A DNA stretch of 64,000 bases from an uncultured Bacilli bacterium (GTDB lineage Bacteria; Bacillota_I; Bacilli_A; RF39; UBA660), in NCBI GenBank assembly GCA_944364655.1, contig CALVWG010000080.1:2634-66633 (forward strand), read 5' to 3'. Numbering within the stretch: position 1 is the first letter of the stretch; each line of letters starts with the position of its first letter. Below the pieces are notes generated by a model. The model was given only the letters and a program-made list of their open reading frames with translations, did not search any database and was not told the origin of the DNA. Positions 19,625 through 28,809 of this stretch are shown here, in pieces. A program made the translations under genes and the position numbers.

Positions 19625-22141
19625 TTATTTTAATTTGGCTAATTTTTCTTTTTCTAAAGCTAATTTTTCTTTTTCTTGTTCAACTAAACTTGCTGGAGCT
19701 TTGTTAATAAAGTTTTCGTTTGCTAGTAAATTTTCTCTTTTTAAAATACTTTTTTCCAAAAATTCAATTTCTTTTTTGATATTTTCTATATCTAAAGTTG
19801 TTTCTTGTTCATTAAATAAAGTAACAGAATAATTTTTATATTCAATTAAAAATTTTGGATAATTTATTTCTTTTTCAATAATAAGGTCGTTCCATTTAAG
19901 CATTTTTTTAATTAATTCGTAATCTGTATTATTATTTAAAAGAATTTTATAATCTTTACCTATTTTAAGTTCAGCTTTTTTATTTCTAAATATTTTTACA
20001 AATTCAATTAAATCATCTATTTCTTTTTCTTCTTCATTGTAAATATATTCTTTTTGATATTTTGGATAATCGCTTAAAGCAATAAATCCTTCTGTTAAAG
20101 GCATTTTGCTATAAATTTCTTCTGTAACAAATGGCATAAATGGATGAAGCATTTTTAAAATATTTTTTAAAACATAATATAATGTTGCCTTTGTGCTTGG
20201 TTGTTCCATATTAAATTTAGACATTTCAATGTAAGAATCACAAAAATCTTCCCAAATAAAATTATATAAAACACTGTTTACATTTTGAAATTCATATTTA
20301 TCCATATATTTAGTAACATCTTTAATCGTTTTTTCTAATTTTGTTAAAATCCATTTATCAATGTTTGTTAAATTATTTAAAGATGTATCTTCGATATTTT
20401 CAATGTTCATTAAAACAAAACGTGATGCATTCCAAATTTTGTTAATAAAATTCCAAGAAGAACGTACTTTTTCTTCATCATAACGTAAATCTGTTCCTGA
20501 TGAAGTTTGGGTTGTTAAATAATATCTTAAGGCATCGGCACCATATTCTTTAATGACGTCCATTGGATCAACGCCATTACCTAAAGATTTACTCATTTTA
20601 CGACCAATTTTGTCTCTAATTAAACCATGAATATAACAATACTCAAATGGTCTTTTACCCGTAAAATGAAGTCCTTGAAAAGTCATTCTGTTAACCCAAA
20701 AAGGAATTATATCATAACCTGTTACCAAAACATTAGTTGGATAATATTTTTGATAGTCTTCGGTAATATTTGGCCAACCTAAAGTACTAAATGGCCATAA
20801 AGCACTGGAAAACCAAGTATCTAATACGTCTTTATCTTGAGTCCAACCTTCTTCTTTAGGTGCTTCCATGCCAACATATATTTCATCACCTTTATACCAA
20901 GCTGGTATTTGATGGCCCCACCAAAGTTGTCTGGAAATACACCAGTCATACGTAATTTCCATCCAGTGATTCATTATTTTTTCATAACGAGCTGGTAAAA
21001 ATTTAACTTTAGTTTCCTTATTTTTTTGATTTTCTAAAACTTTATCAGCTAAAGGACGCATTTTAACAAACCATTGTTTAGATAAGTAAGGTTCTACCAT
21101 TGCATCAGTCCGTTCAGAATGGCCCACACTATGAATAATTTTTTCGACTTTTAATAAGTAGCCTTTTTCTTCTAATTCTTTTACTAATTTTTCTCTGGCT
21201 ACAAAACGGTCCATTCCTTGATAATGAAGAGCATTTTCATTCATTGTTCCATCTGGATTTATGACTACTATTTTTTCTAAATTATGCCTTAGACCAACTT
21301 CATAATCGTTCGGGTCATGGCAAGGGGTAATTTTTACTACACCAGTTCCCTTTTCAGGATCAGCATGCATATCAGCAACAATTGGAATTTCTCGGTTAAC
21401 AATTGGTAATATGGCTTTTTTACCTATGAATTTTTGATACCTTTCATCATCTGGATTAACTGCTAATGCTGTATCACCAAACATTGTTTCAGGTCTAGTC
21501 GTAGCTACATCTAAAAATTCATCACTATCAACAATTGGATATTTTATATGATAAAAAGCTCCTTCAACATCTTTATAAATAACTTCTTCATTAGATAAAG
21601 CTGTTTTGGCTTCAGAATCCCAGTTAATCATTCTTTCACCGCGATAAATTAATCCTTCGTTATAAAGTTTTACGAATACAGTTCGAACCGCTTTACTTAA
21701 TCCTTCATCTAATGTAAAACGTTCTCTGGAATAATCTAAGCTAAGTCCTAATTTAGCCCATTGATTATGAATATTTTCGGCATATTCTTTTTTCCAATCC
21801 CAAGCAACTTTTAGCCAATCTTCTCTTTTCATCGTTCTTGGCTCAATACCCATTTCTTTTAATTTTTTATCAACCTTAGCTTGAGTGGCGATACCAGCAT
21901 GATCCATTCCAGGTATCCATAAAGTATCATACCCTTGCATTCTTTTATAACGAATCATTATATCTTGTAAAGAAACATCCCAAGCGTGACCTAAATGTAA
22001 TTTTCCAGTGACGTTTGGTGGTGGGATAACGATACAAAAAGGTTTACCATCTTTTTTACCTGCTTTAAATATTTCTTTTTCTTTCCAAATTTCATATTTA
22101 TCTTTTTCAACTTCTAAATGATTATATTTTTTTTCTAACAT
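19625..22141 (-). CDS. valS: valine--tRNA ligase
   Basis: 838 aa. PPPNVTGKLHLGHAW (HIGH), KMSKSLGN (KMSKS) and the C-terminal coiled coil. Confidence 0.95.
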   Translation of the reverse strand: MLEKKYNHLEVEKDKYEIWKEKEIFKAGKKDGKPFCIVIPPPNVTGKLHLGHAWDVSLQDIMIRYKRMQGYDTLWIPGMDHAGIATQAKVDKKLKEMGIEPRTMKREDWLKVAWDWKKEYAENIHNQWAKLGLSLDYSRERFTLDEGLSKAVRTVFVKLYNEGLIYRGERMINWDSEAKTALSNEEVIYKDVEGAFYHIKYPIVDSDEFLDVATTRPETMFGDTALAVNPDDERYQKFIGKKAILPIVNREIPIVADMHADPEKGTGVVKITPCHDPNDYEVGLRHNLEKIVVINPDGTMNENALHYQGMDRFVAREKLVKELEEKGYLLKVEKIIHSVGHSERTDAMVEPYLSKQWFVKMRPLADKVLENQKNKETKVKFLPARYEKIMNHWMEITYDWCISRQLWWGHQIPAWYKGDEIYVGMEAPKEEGWTQDKDVLDTWFSSALWPFSTLGWPNITEDYQKYYPTNVLVTGYDIIPFWVNRMTFQGLHFTGKRPFEYCYIHGLIRDKIGRKMSKSLGNGVDPMDVIKEYGADALRYYLTTQTSSGTDLRYDEEKVRSSWNFINKIWNASRFVLMNIENIEDTSLNNLTNIDKWILTKLEKTIKDVTKYMDKYEFQNVNSVLYNFIWEDFCDSYIEMSKFNMEQPSTKATLYYVLKNILKMLHPFMPFVTEEIYSKMPLTEGFIALSDYPKYQKEYIYNEEEKEIDDLIEFVKIFRNKKAELKIGKDYKILLNNNTDYELIKKMLKWNDLIIEKEINYPKFLIEYKNYSVTLFNEQETTLDIENIKKEIEFLEKSILKRENLLANENFINKAPASLVEQEKEKLALEKEKLAKLK

Positions 22142-22144
22142 ATT

Positions 22145-22534
22145 CTAACCTCTATTTCTAACCATTCTTTCATCTATTTTTGATAACATCTCGTCATAAT
22201 TAGCTTTTTGATCTTCATTATCAATTTCTTCATATGTCCCATCTTCTTTTTCTAAGTATACTCTATAACGCATTTTTTCTTCATAAGGCATCAACATACC
22301 TAGTGATCCTTTTTGGTAATCATGGGTTGCTTTAGGAACAAAAATTGTACATTCGGAATTTCTTTTAAATTCAAATATTATTACAGCTTTATGTAAATTA
22401 GGGACATTGTTGCTAATCCTACATAATATTTCATTATGTTGCTCGTATCTATTTTCAAGAGAAAGCCACCTAGCCCACTCGATAATAGTTTCATCTTCAT
22501 AAATTAAAATAACTTTTTTTTCGTTTATATCCAT
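22145..22534 (-). CDS. hypothetical protein (129 aa) co-transcribed between T-box leader and valS
   Basis: ORF track gives 163 aa, but the first 34 codons are the T-box leader. Real start MDINEKK sits behind GAAAGGAAG. 4-nt gap to valS. Confidence 0.5.
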   Translation of the reverse strand: MDINEKKVILIYEDETIIEWARWLSLENRYEQHNEILCRISNNVPNLHKAVIIFEFKRNSECTIFVPKATHDYQKGSLGMLMPYEEKMRYRVYLEKEDGTYEEIDNEDQKANYDEMLSKIDERMVRNRG

Positions 22535-22745
22535 ACAGTTCTTCCTTTCTAAATTAAAAAGGATGATACCAAAGAAGTCTATATTAGACGGTACCATCCT
22601 TAATTTTACTTTGTTTGATATAGCAGAATTCTGCATTTAAACTCCCTTGCAACCTTCTAAAAGCAATTTTATTTGTTTTCACCAACCACAAACTCTCTAT
22701 AAAAAATTAACTTTTATACTCCTCAAGTTCATAATTTAAACATGA
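22535..22745 (-). promoter_or_regulatory. T-box riboswitch leader (probable Val specifier) controlling orf129-valS
   Basis: Minus-strand sequence AAAATTAAGGATGGTACCGTC matches the T-box consensus (AATTAGGGTGGNACCGCG). Terminator AAGGATGGTACC...GGTATCATCCTTTTT overlaps it, giving the antiterminator/terminator alternative. AGAGAGUUUG region upstream is a candidate specifier loop (GUU). Confidence 0.75.
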
Positions 22746-22749
22746 TATA

Positions 22750-22778
22750 ATTATATAGCCTATCAAATAAATTTGCAA
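22750..22778 (-). promoter_or_regulatory. sigma-A promoter of T-box/valS operon
   Basis: TTGCAA (22773-22778), 17-nt spacer, TATAAT (22750-22755) on the minus strand. Confidence 0.6.
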
Positions 22779-22820
22779 GTAAAACAAATTTAGAGTATTA
22801 ATAATCTAAAAGTGATTTAT

Positions 22821-23786
22821 TTAAGAAATAGTTTCTACAACTTGATCATTAATAGATATTACGACATTATTATTCGTATCAACATCAGTTAAAATTTCAT
22901 CATTAGCAGTTATATCATAAGTTTCACTGGCAATTTTTTTATTAGCTAAATCATATAAATAAAATGTATTATCTACAGTTGTACAGCTTAAATATTTGTC
23001 TATAAAAGATAAATTAGCAAAATCATCTGTTAAAATAGCTTCATTGTTATAATTTATAAGATGATATATTTCTTGGTTGTTTTTAGTAATTATATACGTT
23101 CCTGTATAATCAATTATTGTATCAGCAATATCTACTGTTAATGTAGCGCCATTTTTGTCAGTTAAATTCCAATTACCATTTTTTAAAGTAATAAAGTAAT
23201 CAGTTGCTAATTTGCCCTCGCTATTGACTTCATTTTTTAAACCAATAAAATCATATTCAAATGGTAAAACTATTTCAATAGTATCGGCTAACTTAATAAC
23301 GCCATATTTTTGAGCACTATTTTTAACTATTAGCATATTATCGGCTAAACCAACGCCATAATCTTTAGCACTTACATAAGCAGCCATTTTATATGATGTA
23401 TTATTGACTATATCATAAACAAAAGCTTCTTCACTGGTTTCATTATCATTTAAAATAGCATATCTATTATCGATAATTTTTATTCTTTCGTCCTCATTAC
23501 TTTCGAAAGAATCTAAGCCATAATTGGAATCATCGACCGTATTTAATGCATAATTACAATTTTTAGTAGTACACTCATATATACCTAATAAACTACCATC
23601 TTCTTTGTAAAACCAAAGTTTATTATCAAAGAAAAATTCTTTTCCAACATTTTCTTTAACTGGACTTTCTACGGGACCAGAAAAGCGAAAATAAAGGCCT
23701 AAGCAGGCTAAAGGAACAAAAATAATTAATAAAATGATTATTAATATTAATGCACCTTTTTGTACTTTTTTATCCATTTTAATCAC
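22821..23786 (-). CDS. membrane-anchored extracellular repeat protein (YD/WG-like repeats), 321 aa
   Basis: N-terminal TM (LILIIILLIIFVPLACLGLYF). Recurring KYGVI..LAD / YDL(I/A)NKK motifs and a CxxxC motif shared with the upstream paralog. 8-nt overlap with the upstream gene. Confidence 0.55.
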   Translation of the reverse strand: MIKMDKKVQKGALILIIILLIIFVPLACLGLYFRFSGPVESPVKENVGKEFFFDNKLWFYKEDGSLLGIYECTTKNCNYALNTVDDSNYGLDSFESNEDERIKIIDNRYAILNDNETSEEAFVYDIVNNTSYKMAAYVSAKDYGVGLADNMLIVKNSAQKYGVIKLADTIEIVLPFEYDFIGLKNEVNSEGKLATDYFITLKNGNWNLTDKNGATLTVDIADTIIDYTGTYIITKNNQEIYHLINYNNEAILTDDFANLSFIDKYLSCTTVDNTFYLYDLANKKIASETYDITANDEILTDVDTNNNVVISINDQVVETIS

Positions 23787-26064
23787 TTTCCTTTACTTTA
23801 GGAAAGCCCACTTTATCTGTATATGTGTTATTAGAATTACCTATTTCAACATAAACATTTTCTGAATCAAAAGTTACTCTAAAAGCTTTTGTTCCTTCAC
23901 CATAATAATTAGTAATATTTAATGTCAAACCACTATCATTTTCTTCAGTGATAGTAACTTCTTTATTGTTATAATCATATACATGAACTTTATTATTTAA
24001 AACAGCCGCATAGTATTCATCATATAATTCAATATAATTATATGAATTACTTGAAACTTCTTTGTCATAAGTATGAACAAAATACATTCCATCTTTATAA
24101 GTCTTTAAGTATTTATGAGTGCTATCGACTTCTAAATAATCAACTATGCTACTATTTTTATCAGCAGTTATTTTTTCGCCTTCAGCATCGTATAAAGCAT
24201 ATCCATTATCGCTTTCGACAACATAGTATTTACCTAATTTTTTAATGCTTTTAAAATCAAAAGATAAAACAGGTACTACTTCACTAGAATTAATACTTGC
24301 AATACCAAATTTACCACTTGATTTAGACTTGGCAATAAACATTAATTGATTAGTATTTACAAAGCTTAAACTATTCATGCTTGTATAAGAAGATGTATCA
24401 ACGCTTTCATAAGTAGCTAATTCTTTTTTATTGATTAAATCATATAGAACAATTTTATCACCATCGGATACAAAGACAAATTGTTTATTAATCAAAGGTA
24501 TTGCACCAACATTTTTGCTTTGATCTTTTTCTTTATTGTTGCCAATTGTTTCAGCAAAAAATGAATCATTTGCTAATTTACAATTATTTAAGGTAGAAGA
24601 ATTACTATCAACTTCATTATGATTAGTACAAGGATAGCTACCAATTAAAGTTTCTTTCTTTTCATCAGCGTAAAAATATAAATTTCCTTTAAAATAACTC
24701 ATAAATGCTAATTTGCTTGATAATTTTCCTTCAGATAGATTGATTGAATAGTTTTCAAAATCATCACCATTATAAATATTAATATTTAGTATATTATTAT
24801 TTAATTCATAATCATAAGCTTTTTCAGTTTTAACTAATTTATAATCTTCATAAGTTAATTTTGGATTATAATTTTGATTTTTTAAAGCTAAGCCTTCATA
24901 GCTCATTAAATTGCCTTCATAATCACTTACGAAAAGTTGATTATTAATAACATAAATTAATACATCACTTAAAAGTGTTACATAATCATAGTCTTTATTA
25001 GTTACTTGACTTGCGTTGTAATCATAAACGTTATAAGTTTTGGCAAGAACTTCTAAAACAACATGTTTATCATCAGCCGCAACGATAGGACTTGTAAATG
25101 CTTTAGTTAATATTTTATTATTTAAATCAGTCAAATAATAATTATTGTCTTTTCTAACAGAAATCAACTTTATTTCCTCTTGATTTGGTAAAATTCCTAA
25201 GGAATCATAATTATAAGGAATTACCGTTTCTAATTTATCATCACTAAATTTTTCTAAGCCATACAAACTTTCTTCATTTTTTAAAACAACATAATCAGCA
25301 TATTCATCATAACTTTTAAGATCAAAAACAGTTTTTAAAGTTTTGTTTTCAATTAAATCATACAATTTAATACTTTTATCATTCTCATCTTTATGGTCTA
25401 CAATAAAAACGAATCTTTCTTTGTAAATTTTGGCTGGAACAACTAATTTCTCGCCTTTTTCATCAACATTTATTGGTCCTAAGAAATTGTCACTGTTATT
25501 AACATCCGCCATTTTGCAAAGATTTTCATCTTTATTTTCACATTCATAAGTTCCTAATTCTTTGTCGTTTTCAAAAAAAACAAGTTTACCATTTTCATAT
25601 TTGTAATTATCCATCATTAAGATAACATCTGGTTCATTTTTTTCTAAAGTTTTATCTTTTTTTAATAAGAAAAATAAACCAACACTAATTAATATTAATA
25701 ATAAAACTATCCCACTTATAATTAAGACCTTTTTTTTCTTAGTTAAAGAATTCCATTTATCTTTTAGATTTTTAAAAAAATTCTTTTTATTTTTTTTATT
25801 AGAAGAATCATCATCTTCAACTATTATGGTTTCATCTTCTTGATTTTCTTTTTGTAATTCTTCTTTAGTATTTACAACTGTTTTGAATATTAAATCCGAA
25901 TCATTCATTTGATCATCAAATTCGTTTTGATATTCATTATATTCTTGTTCAATATTATTTAATGCTGCAATGGACAAATCTTTAAGAGTTCCAACTTCTT
26001 TAGTTGTTTCGAGCGTTTCTAGCTCATCCGTTTCATTAAACTCTTCTTTGTTCATTTTTTTCAC
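23779..26064 (-). CDS. large membrane-anchored extracellular repeat protein with acidic cytoplasmic N-terminal tail, 761 aa
   Basis: About 110 aa D/E-rich N-terminus, one TM helix (VLIISGIVLLLILISVGLFFLL), then about 600 aa with periodic (V/L)YD(Y/L)(N/I) motifs suggesting a beta-propeller or WG-like repeat fold. Confidence 0.6.
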   Translation of the reverse strand: MKKMNKEEFNETDELETLETTKEVGTLKDLSIAALNNIEQEYNEYQNEFDDQMNDSDLIFKTVVNTKEELQKENQEDETIIVEDDDSSNKKNKKNFFKNLKDKWNSLTKKKKVLIISGIVLLLILISVGLFFLLKKDKTLEKNEPDVILMMDNYKYENGKLVFFENDKELGTYECENKDENLCKMADVNNSDNFLGPINVDEKGEKLVVPAKIYKERFVFIVDHKDENDKSIKLYDLIENKTLKTVFDLKSYDEYADYVVLKNEESLYGLEKFSDDKLETVIPYNYDSLGILPNQEEIKLISVRKDNNYYLTDLNNKILTKAFTSPIVAADDKHVVLEVLAKTYNVYDYNASQVTNKDYDYVTLLSDVLIYVINNQLFVSDYEGNLMSYEGLALKNQNYNPKLTYEDYKLVKTEKAYDYELNNNILNINIYNGDDFENYSINLSEGKLSSKLAFMSYFKGNLYFYADEKKETLIGSYPCTNHNEVDSNSSTLNNCKLANDSFFAETIGNNKEKDQSKNVGAIPLINKQFVFVSDGDKIVLYDLINKKELATYESVDTSSYTSMNSLSFVNTNQLMFIAKSKSSGKFGIASINSSEVVPVLSFDFKSIKKLGKYYVVESDNGYALYDAEGEKITADKNSSIVDYLEVDSTHKYLKTYKDGMYFVHTYDKEVSSNSYNYIELYDEYYAAVLNNKVHVYDYNNKEVTITEENDSGLTLNITNYYGEGTKAFRVTFDSENVYVEIGNSNNTYTDKVGFPKVKESD

Positions 26065-26179
26065 TCTCCTACTCTAGTCCATTATACCAATATGTAGAAA
26101 TTTTTACAACCCAAAAAAATTTAGTTTTTACACATATTTTAGAAAAAAAATGATATGATGTAATAAAGGAGATATAGAT

Positions 26180-26506
26180 ATGCAATTAAAGTTAAATAAT
26201 CAGAAATTAAACGTTTTAAATGCTAATTCTTTTAAATTAAGACTATTTGGATTAATGGGTAAAAAAAATATTGATTATGGAGTCATTTTTCCAAATTGTA
26301 ACGCCATACATACATTTTTTATGCAAGAAGAAATTGATGTAGTTGGTTTAAATGCGGATAATCAAGTTATTTATATTTATCGTAATGTACCTAAAAATAA
26401 AATAATTAAAATAAGTGGTAAAAATAAAAAAACTAGTATCTTAGAACTTCCTAAAAATACTAGTAAATCTTTAACTATTGGTTCGGTTTTAAAATTTGAA
26501 AATTAA
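26180..26506 (+). CDS. DUF192-family protein
   Basis: 108 aa. LRLFGLMGKK...NCNAIHTFFM pattern resembles the DUF192 (COG1430) GLM / HT..M signature. Confidence 0.5.
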   Translation: MQLKLNNQKLNVLNANSFKLRLFGLMGKKNIDYGVIFPNCNAIHTFFMQEEIDVVGLNADNQVIYIYRNVPKNKIIKISGKNKKTSILELPKNTSKSLTIGSVLKFEN

Positions 26507-26745
26507 AGTTTTATTGATTTAGTAATAAATCTTTTTTTCTTTAAAGATAAAACAAAGTAAACATATTTTAATAAAGCATTATCAATTCCTGGATCAATAC
26601 CGTAATAAGCATAAAGATAATGAAAAAATTCAGTACTTAAGGTATCAAAACCATCTTCATCAATAACAAGTAATTTTGCTATATAATCATTACTTTTATA
26701 TTTTATTTTTTTTAACCATTCTTTTTTAGTTAATTTATCAGCCAT
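26503..26745 (-). CDS. hypothetical protein (80 aa) upstream of obg
   Basis: ORF only, in the position where spo0B sits in Bacillus. No similarity recognised. Confidence 0.35.
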   Translation of the reverse strand: MADKLTKKEWLKKIKYKSNDYIAKLLVIDEDGFDTLSTEFFHYLYAYYGIDPGIDNALLKYVYFVLSLKKKRFITKSIKL

Positions 26746-26747
26746 AT

Positions 26748-28031
26748 TTACTCCTTAAATTCAAAAATATAGTCTAGTATCTGTACTTCGTCTCCTCTTT
26801 TAGCGCCAAGTCTTTCTAATTCTTCTTCAACACCCATTCCTTTTAATCGACGGCCAAATCTTAATACTGCTTCTTCTTCGTTAAAGCGAGTCATTTTAAA
26901 TAGTTTTTCGATTTCATCGCCTTTTAATACCCATATACCATCTTCTTTTGTAATGGTATATGGTTTTTCATTTTTAAAGCGATAGATAATTGAACTTTCG
27001 TAATCTTCATCGTTATAAATATTTTCTTCTTTAATTTCATCCAATATATCACGAAGTCTAATTAGTAATGGCTCAATACCTTCTTTTGTTATGGCACTAA
27101 TAGGATATATTTCTTTATCAGGATATTTCTTTTTAAAACGGCTTAAATTTTCAGCAAAACCTGCAACATCACTTTTGTTAGCTATAATTACTTCTTTTTT
27201 ATTAGCAAGAGAATCGCTATATGAAACAATTTCTTTTCGAATAATTTCATAATCTAGAATTGGATCTCGTCCTTCCGTTCCAGCCATGTCAATTACATGA
27301 GCTAAAATACGGGTTCTAGAAGCATGTTTTAAAAATTTAATTCCTAAGCCAACGCCTTCGCTTGCGCCTTCGATCATTCCTGGCAAGTCTGCTAATACAA
27401 AACTTCTTTGATCTTTTAAAGTAACTACACCTAAGTTTGGACTTAAAGTTGTAAAGTGATAAGGAGCAATTTTAGGGTTGGCTGATGAAACGGACCCTAA
27501 AAAAGTACTTTTACCAACGCTTGGCATTCCAATAAGACCTACATCAGCTAAAACTTTTAATTCACATTTAATGTATCTAATTTCGCCAGGTTCACCTAAT
27601 TCAGAGAATGTTGGTGCTGGTTTTTCTTGAGTAGCAAAAGCAGTATTTCCTCTTCCACCTCGACCACCATGGGCTACAACAACACTTTCTTTATCTTTTG
27701 TTAAATCTGCGATAACAAGTCCTGTATCATCATCATAAATAGTTGTTCCAGCAGGTACTTTAATAATAATATCTGGAGCGTTTTTTCCACGCATGTTTTT
27801 CCCTTTACCATTTTCGCCTTTACTAGCTTTCATAATTTTATGAAATTTTAAGTCTACTAAAGTTGTAAGGCCACTATCAACTACAAAAACAATGTCGCCA
27901 CCTTTACCACCTGAACCGCCATCAGGTCCTCCCATAGGCACATATTTTTCACGACGAAAAGAAGTACAACCATCGCCGCCTTTACCTGCTACTAACTCCA
28001 TTTTAACTTCATCTATAAACATGTGCATCAC
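26748..28031 (-). CDS. obg: GTPase Obg
   Basis: 427 aa. Gly-rich N-terminal Obg fold (GGKGGDG, GGRGG), G domain (GMPSVGKST, DLPG, NKSD) and C-terminal TGS-like domain. Confidence 0.95.
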   Translation of the reverse strand: MMHMFIDEVKMELVAGKGGDGCTSFRREKYVPMGGPDGGSGGKGGDIVFVVDSGLTTLVDLKFHKIMKASKGENGKGKNMRGKNAPDIIIKVPAGTTIYDDDTGLVIADLTKDKESVVVAHGGRGGRGNTAFATQEKPAPTFSELGEPGEIRYIKCELKVLADVGLIGMPSVGKSTFLGSVSSANPKIAPYHFTTLSPNLGVVTLKDQRSFVLADLPGMIEGASEGVGLGIKFLKHASRTRILAHVIDMAGTEGRDPILDYEIIRKEIVSYSDSLANKKEVIIANKSDVAGFAENLSRFKKKYPDKEIYPISAITKEGIEPLLIRLRDILDEIKEENIYNDEDYESSIIYRFKNEKPYTITKEDGIWVLKGDEIEKLFKMTRFNEEEAVLRFGRRLKGMGVEEELERLGAKRGDEVQILDYIFEFKE

Positions 28032-28092
28032 CTACTAGTTATTTTACCAAAAATTATGAAAAAAAACCAGATTATCTAAAAAAAGAAAGCAT

Positions 28093-28809
28093 TTAGCTTT
28101 CGTTATATAAATCTTTAAATTTTTTGAATAACTTATCACAGCTATTTTGATCCATTTCTGGCGTCTTTATTAATGGATTTTTCAAACCTAATTTCTCATA
28201 TTTAGCAAATCCTAAATGATGGAAAGGTAAAAATTCAATTTTTTCAATATTTTTAATCTTTTTTAAATAATTACTTAAAGACAAAATATATTCATCAGTA
28301 TCAGTAATTCCTGGAACTATTACTTGTCTTATCCAAACAGGTTTATTGCTTTTATTTAAAAAAGTGATAAATTTTTCGACTTCAGTAATTTCTTGCCCGG
28401 TCATTTTTTTATAGCCTAAATTATTTGTGTGTTTAATATCTAAAATAACTAAATCAACTAAATTTAAAATTTCAGAATATTTACCTATACCAACACCGGC
28501 GGTATCTAGGGCAATATGAATGTTTTCTTTTTTTAATTTTTGACATACATCAAGTAAAAAATCAATTTGCAGTAATGGTTCTCCACCAGAAAAAGTAACA
28601 CCACTATTGTTTCTTTTAAAATATGGTTTATTACGAATAATTTTTTTTACTAATTCATCACTTGTAATATTATTTTCCTTTTTTTGAAACATTTCTGGAT
28701 TATGACAAAATAAACATCTTAAGCGACAGCCTGATAAGAAAACTACAGTTCTAATACCAGGGCCATCGACAAGACCAAATGTTTCAATTGAATCAACGCT
28801 TCCCATCAT
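28093..28809 (-). CDS. pflA: pyruvate formate-lyase activating enzyme
   Basis: [10 protein letters not shown] radical-SAM cluster motif near the N-terminus. 238 aa. Overlaps the pflB stop. Confidence 0.9.
   Translation of the reverse strand: MMGSVDSIETFGLVDGPGIRTVVFLSGCRLRCLFCHNPEMFQKKENNITSDELVKKIIRNKPYFKRNNSGVTFSGGEPLLQIDFLLDVCQKLKKENIHIALDTAGVGIGKYSEILNLVDLVILDIKHTNNLGYKKMTGQEITEVEKFITFLNKSNKPVWIRQVIVPGITDTDEYILSLSNYLKKIKNIEKIEFLPFHHLGFAKYEKLGLKNPLIKTPEMDQNSCDKLFKKFKDLYNES

Noticed and set aside
19625-19690. 20-bp direct repeat (gctaatttttctttttct x2) at the 3' end of valS
   Set aside because: Encodes the heptad-like KEKLALEKEKLAKLK coiled-coil tail of ValS. It is a coding repeat, not a regulatory or mobile element.
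22535-22636. First 34 codons of ORF-track protein 22145..22636 (MQNSAISNKVKLRMVPSNIDFFGIILFNLERKNC)
   Set aside because: This stretch is the T-box sequence and terminator of a riboswitch leader, not coding. The real start is the downstream Met with an RBS.
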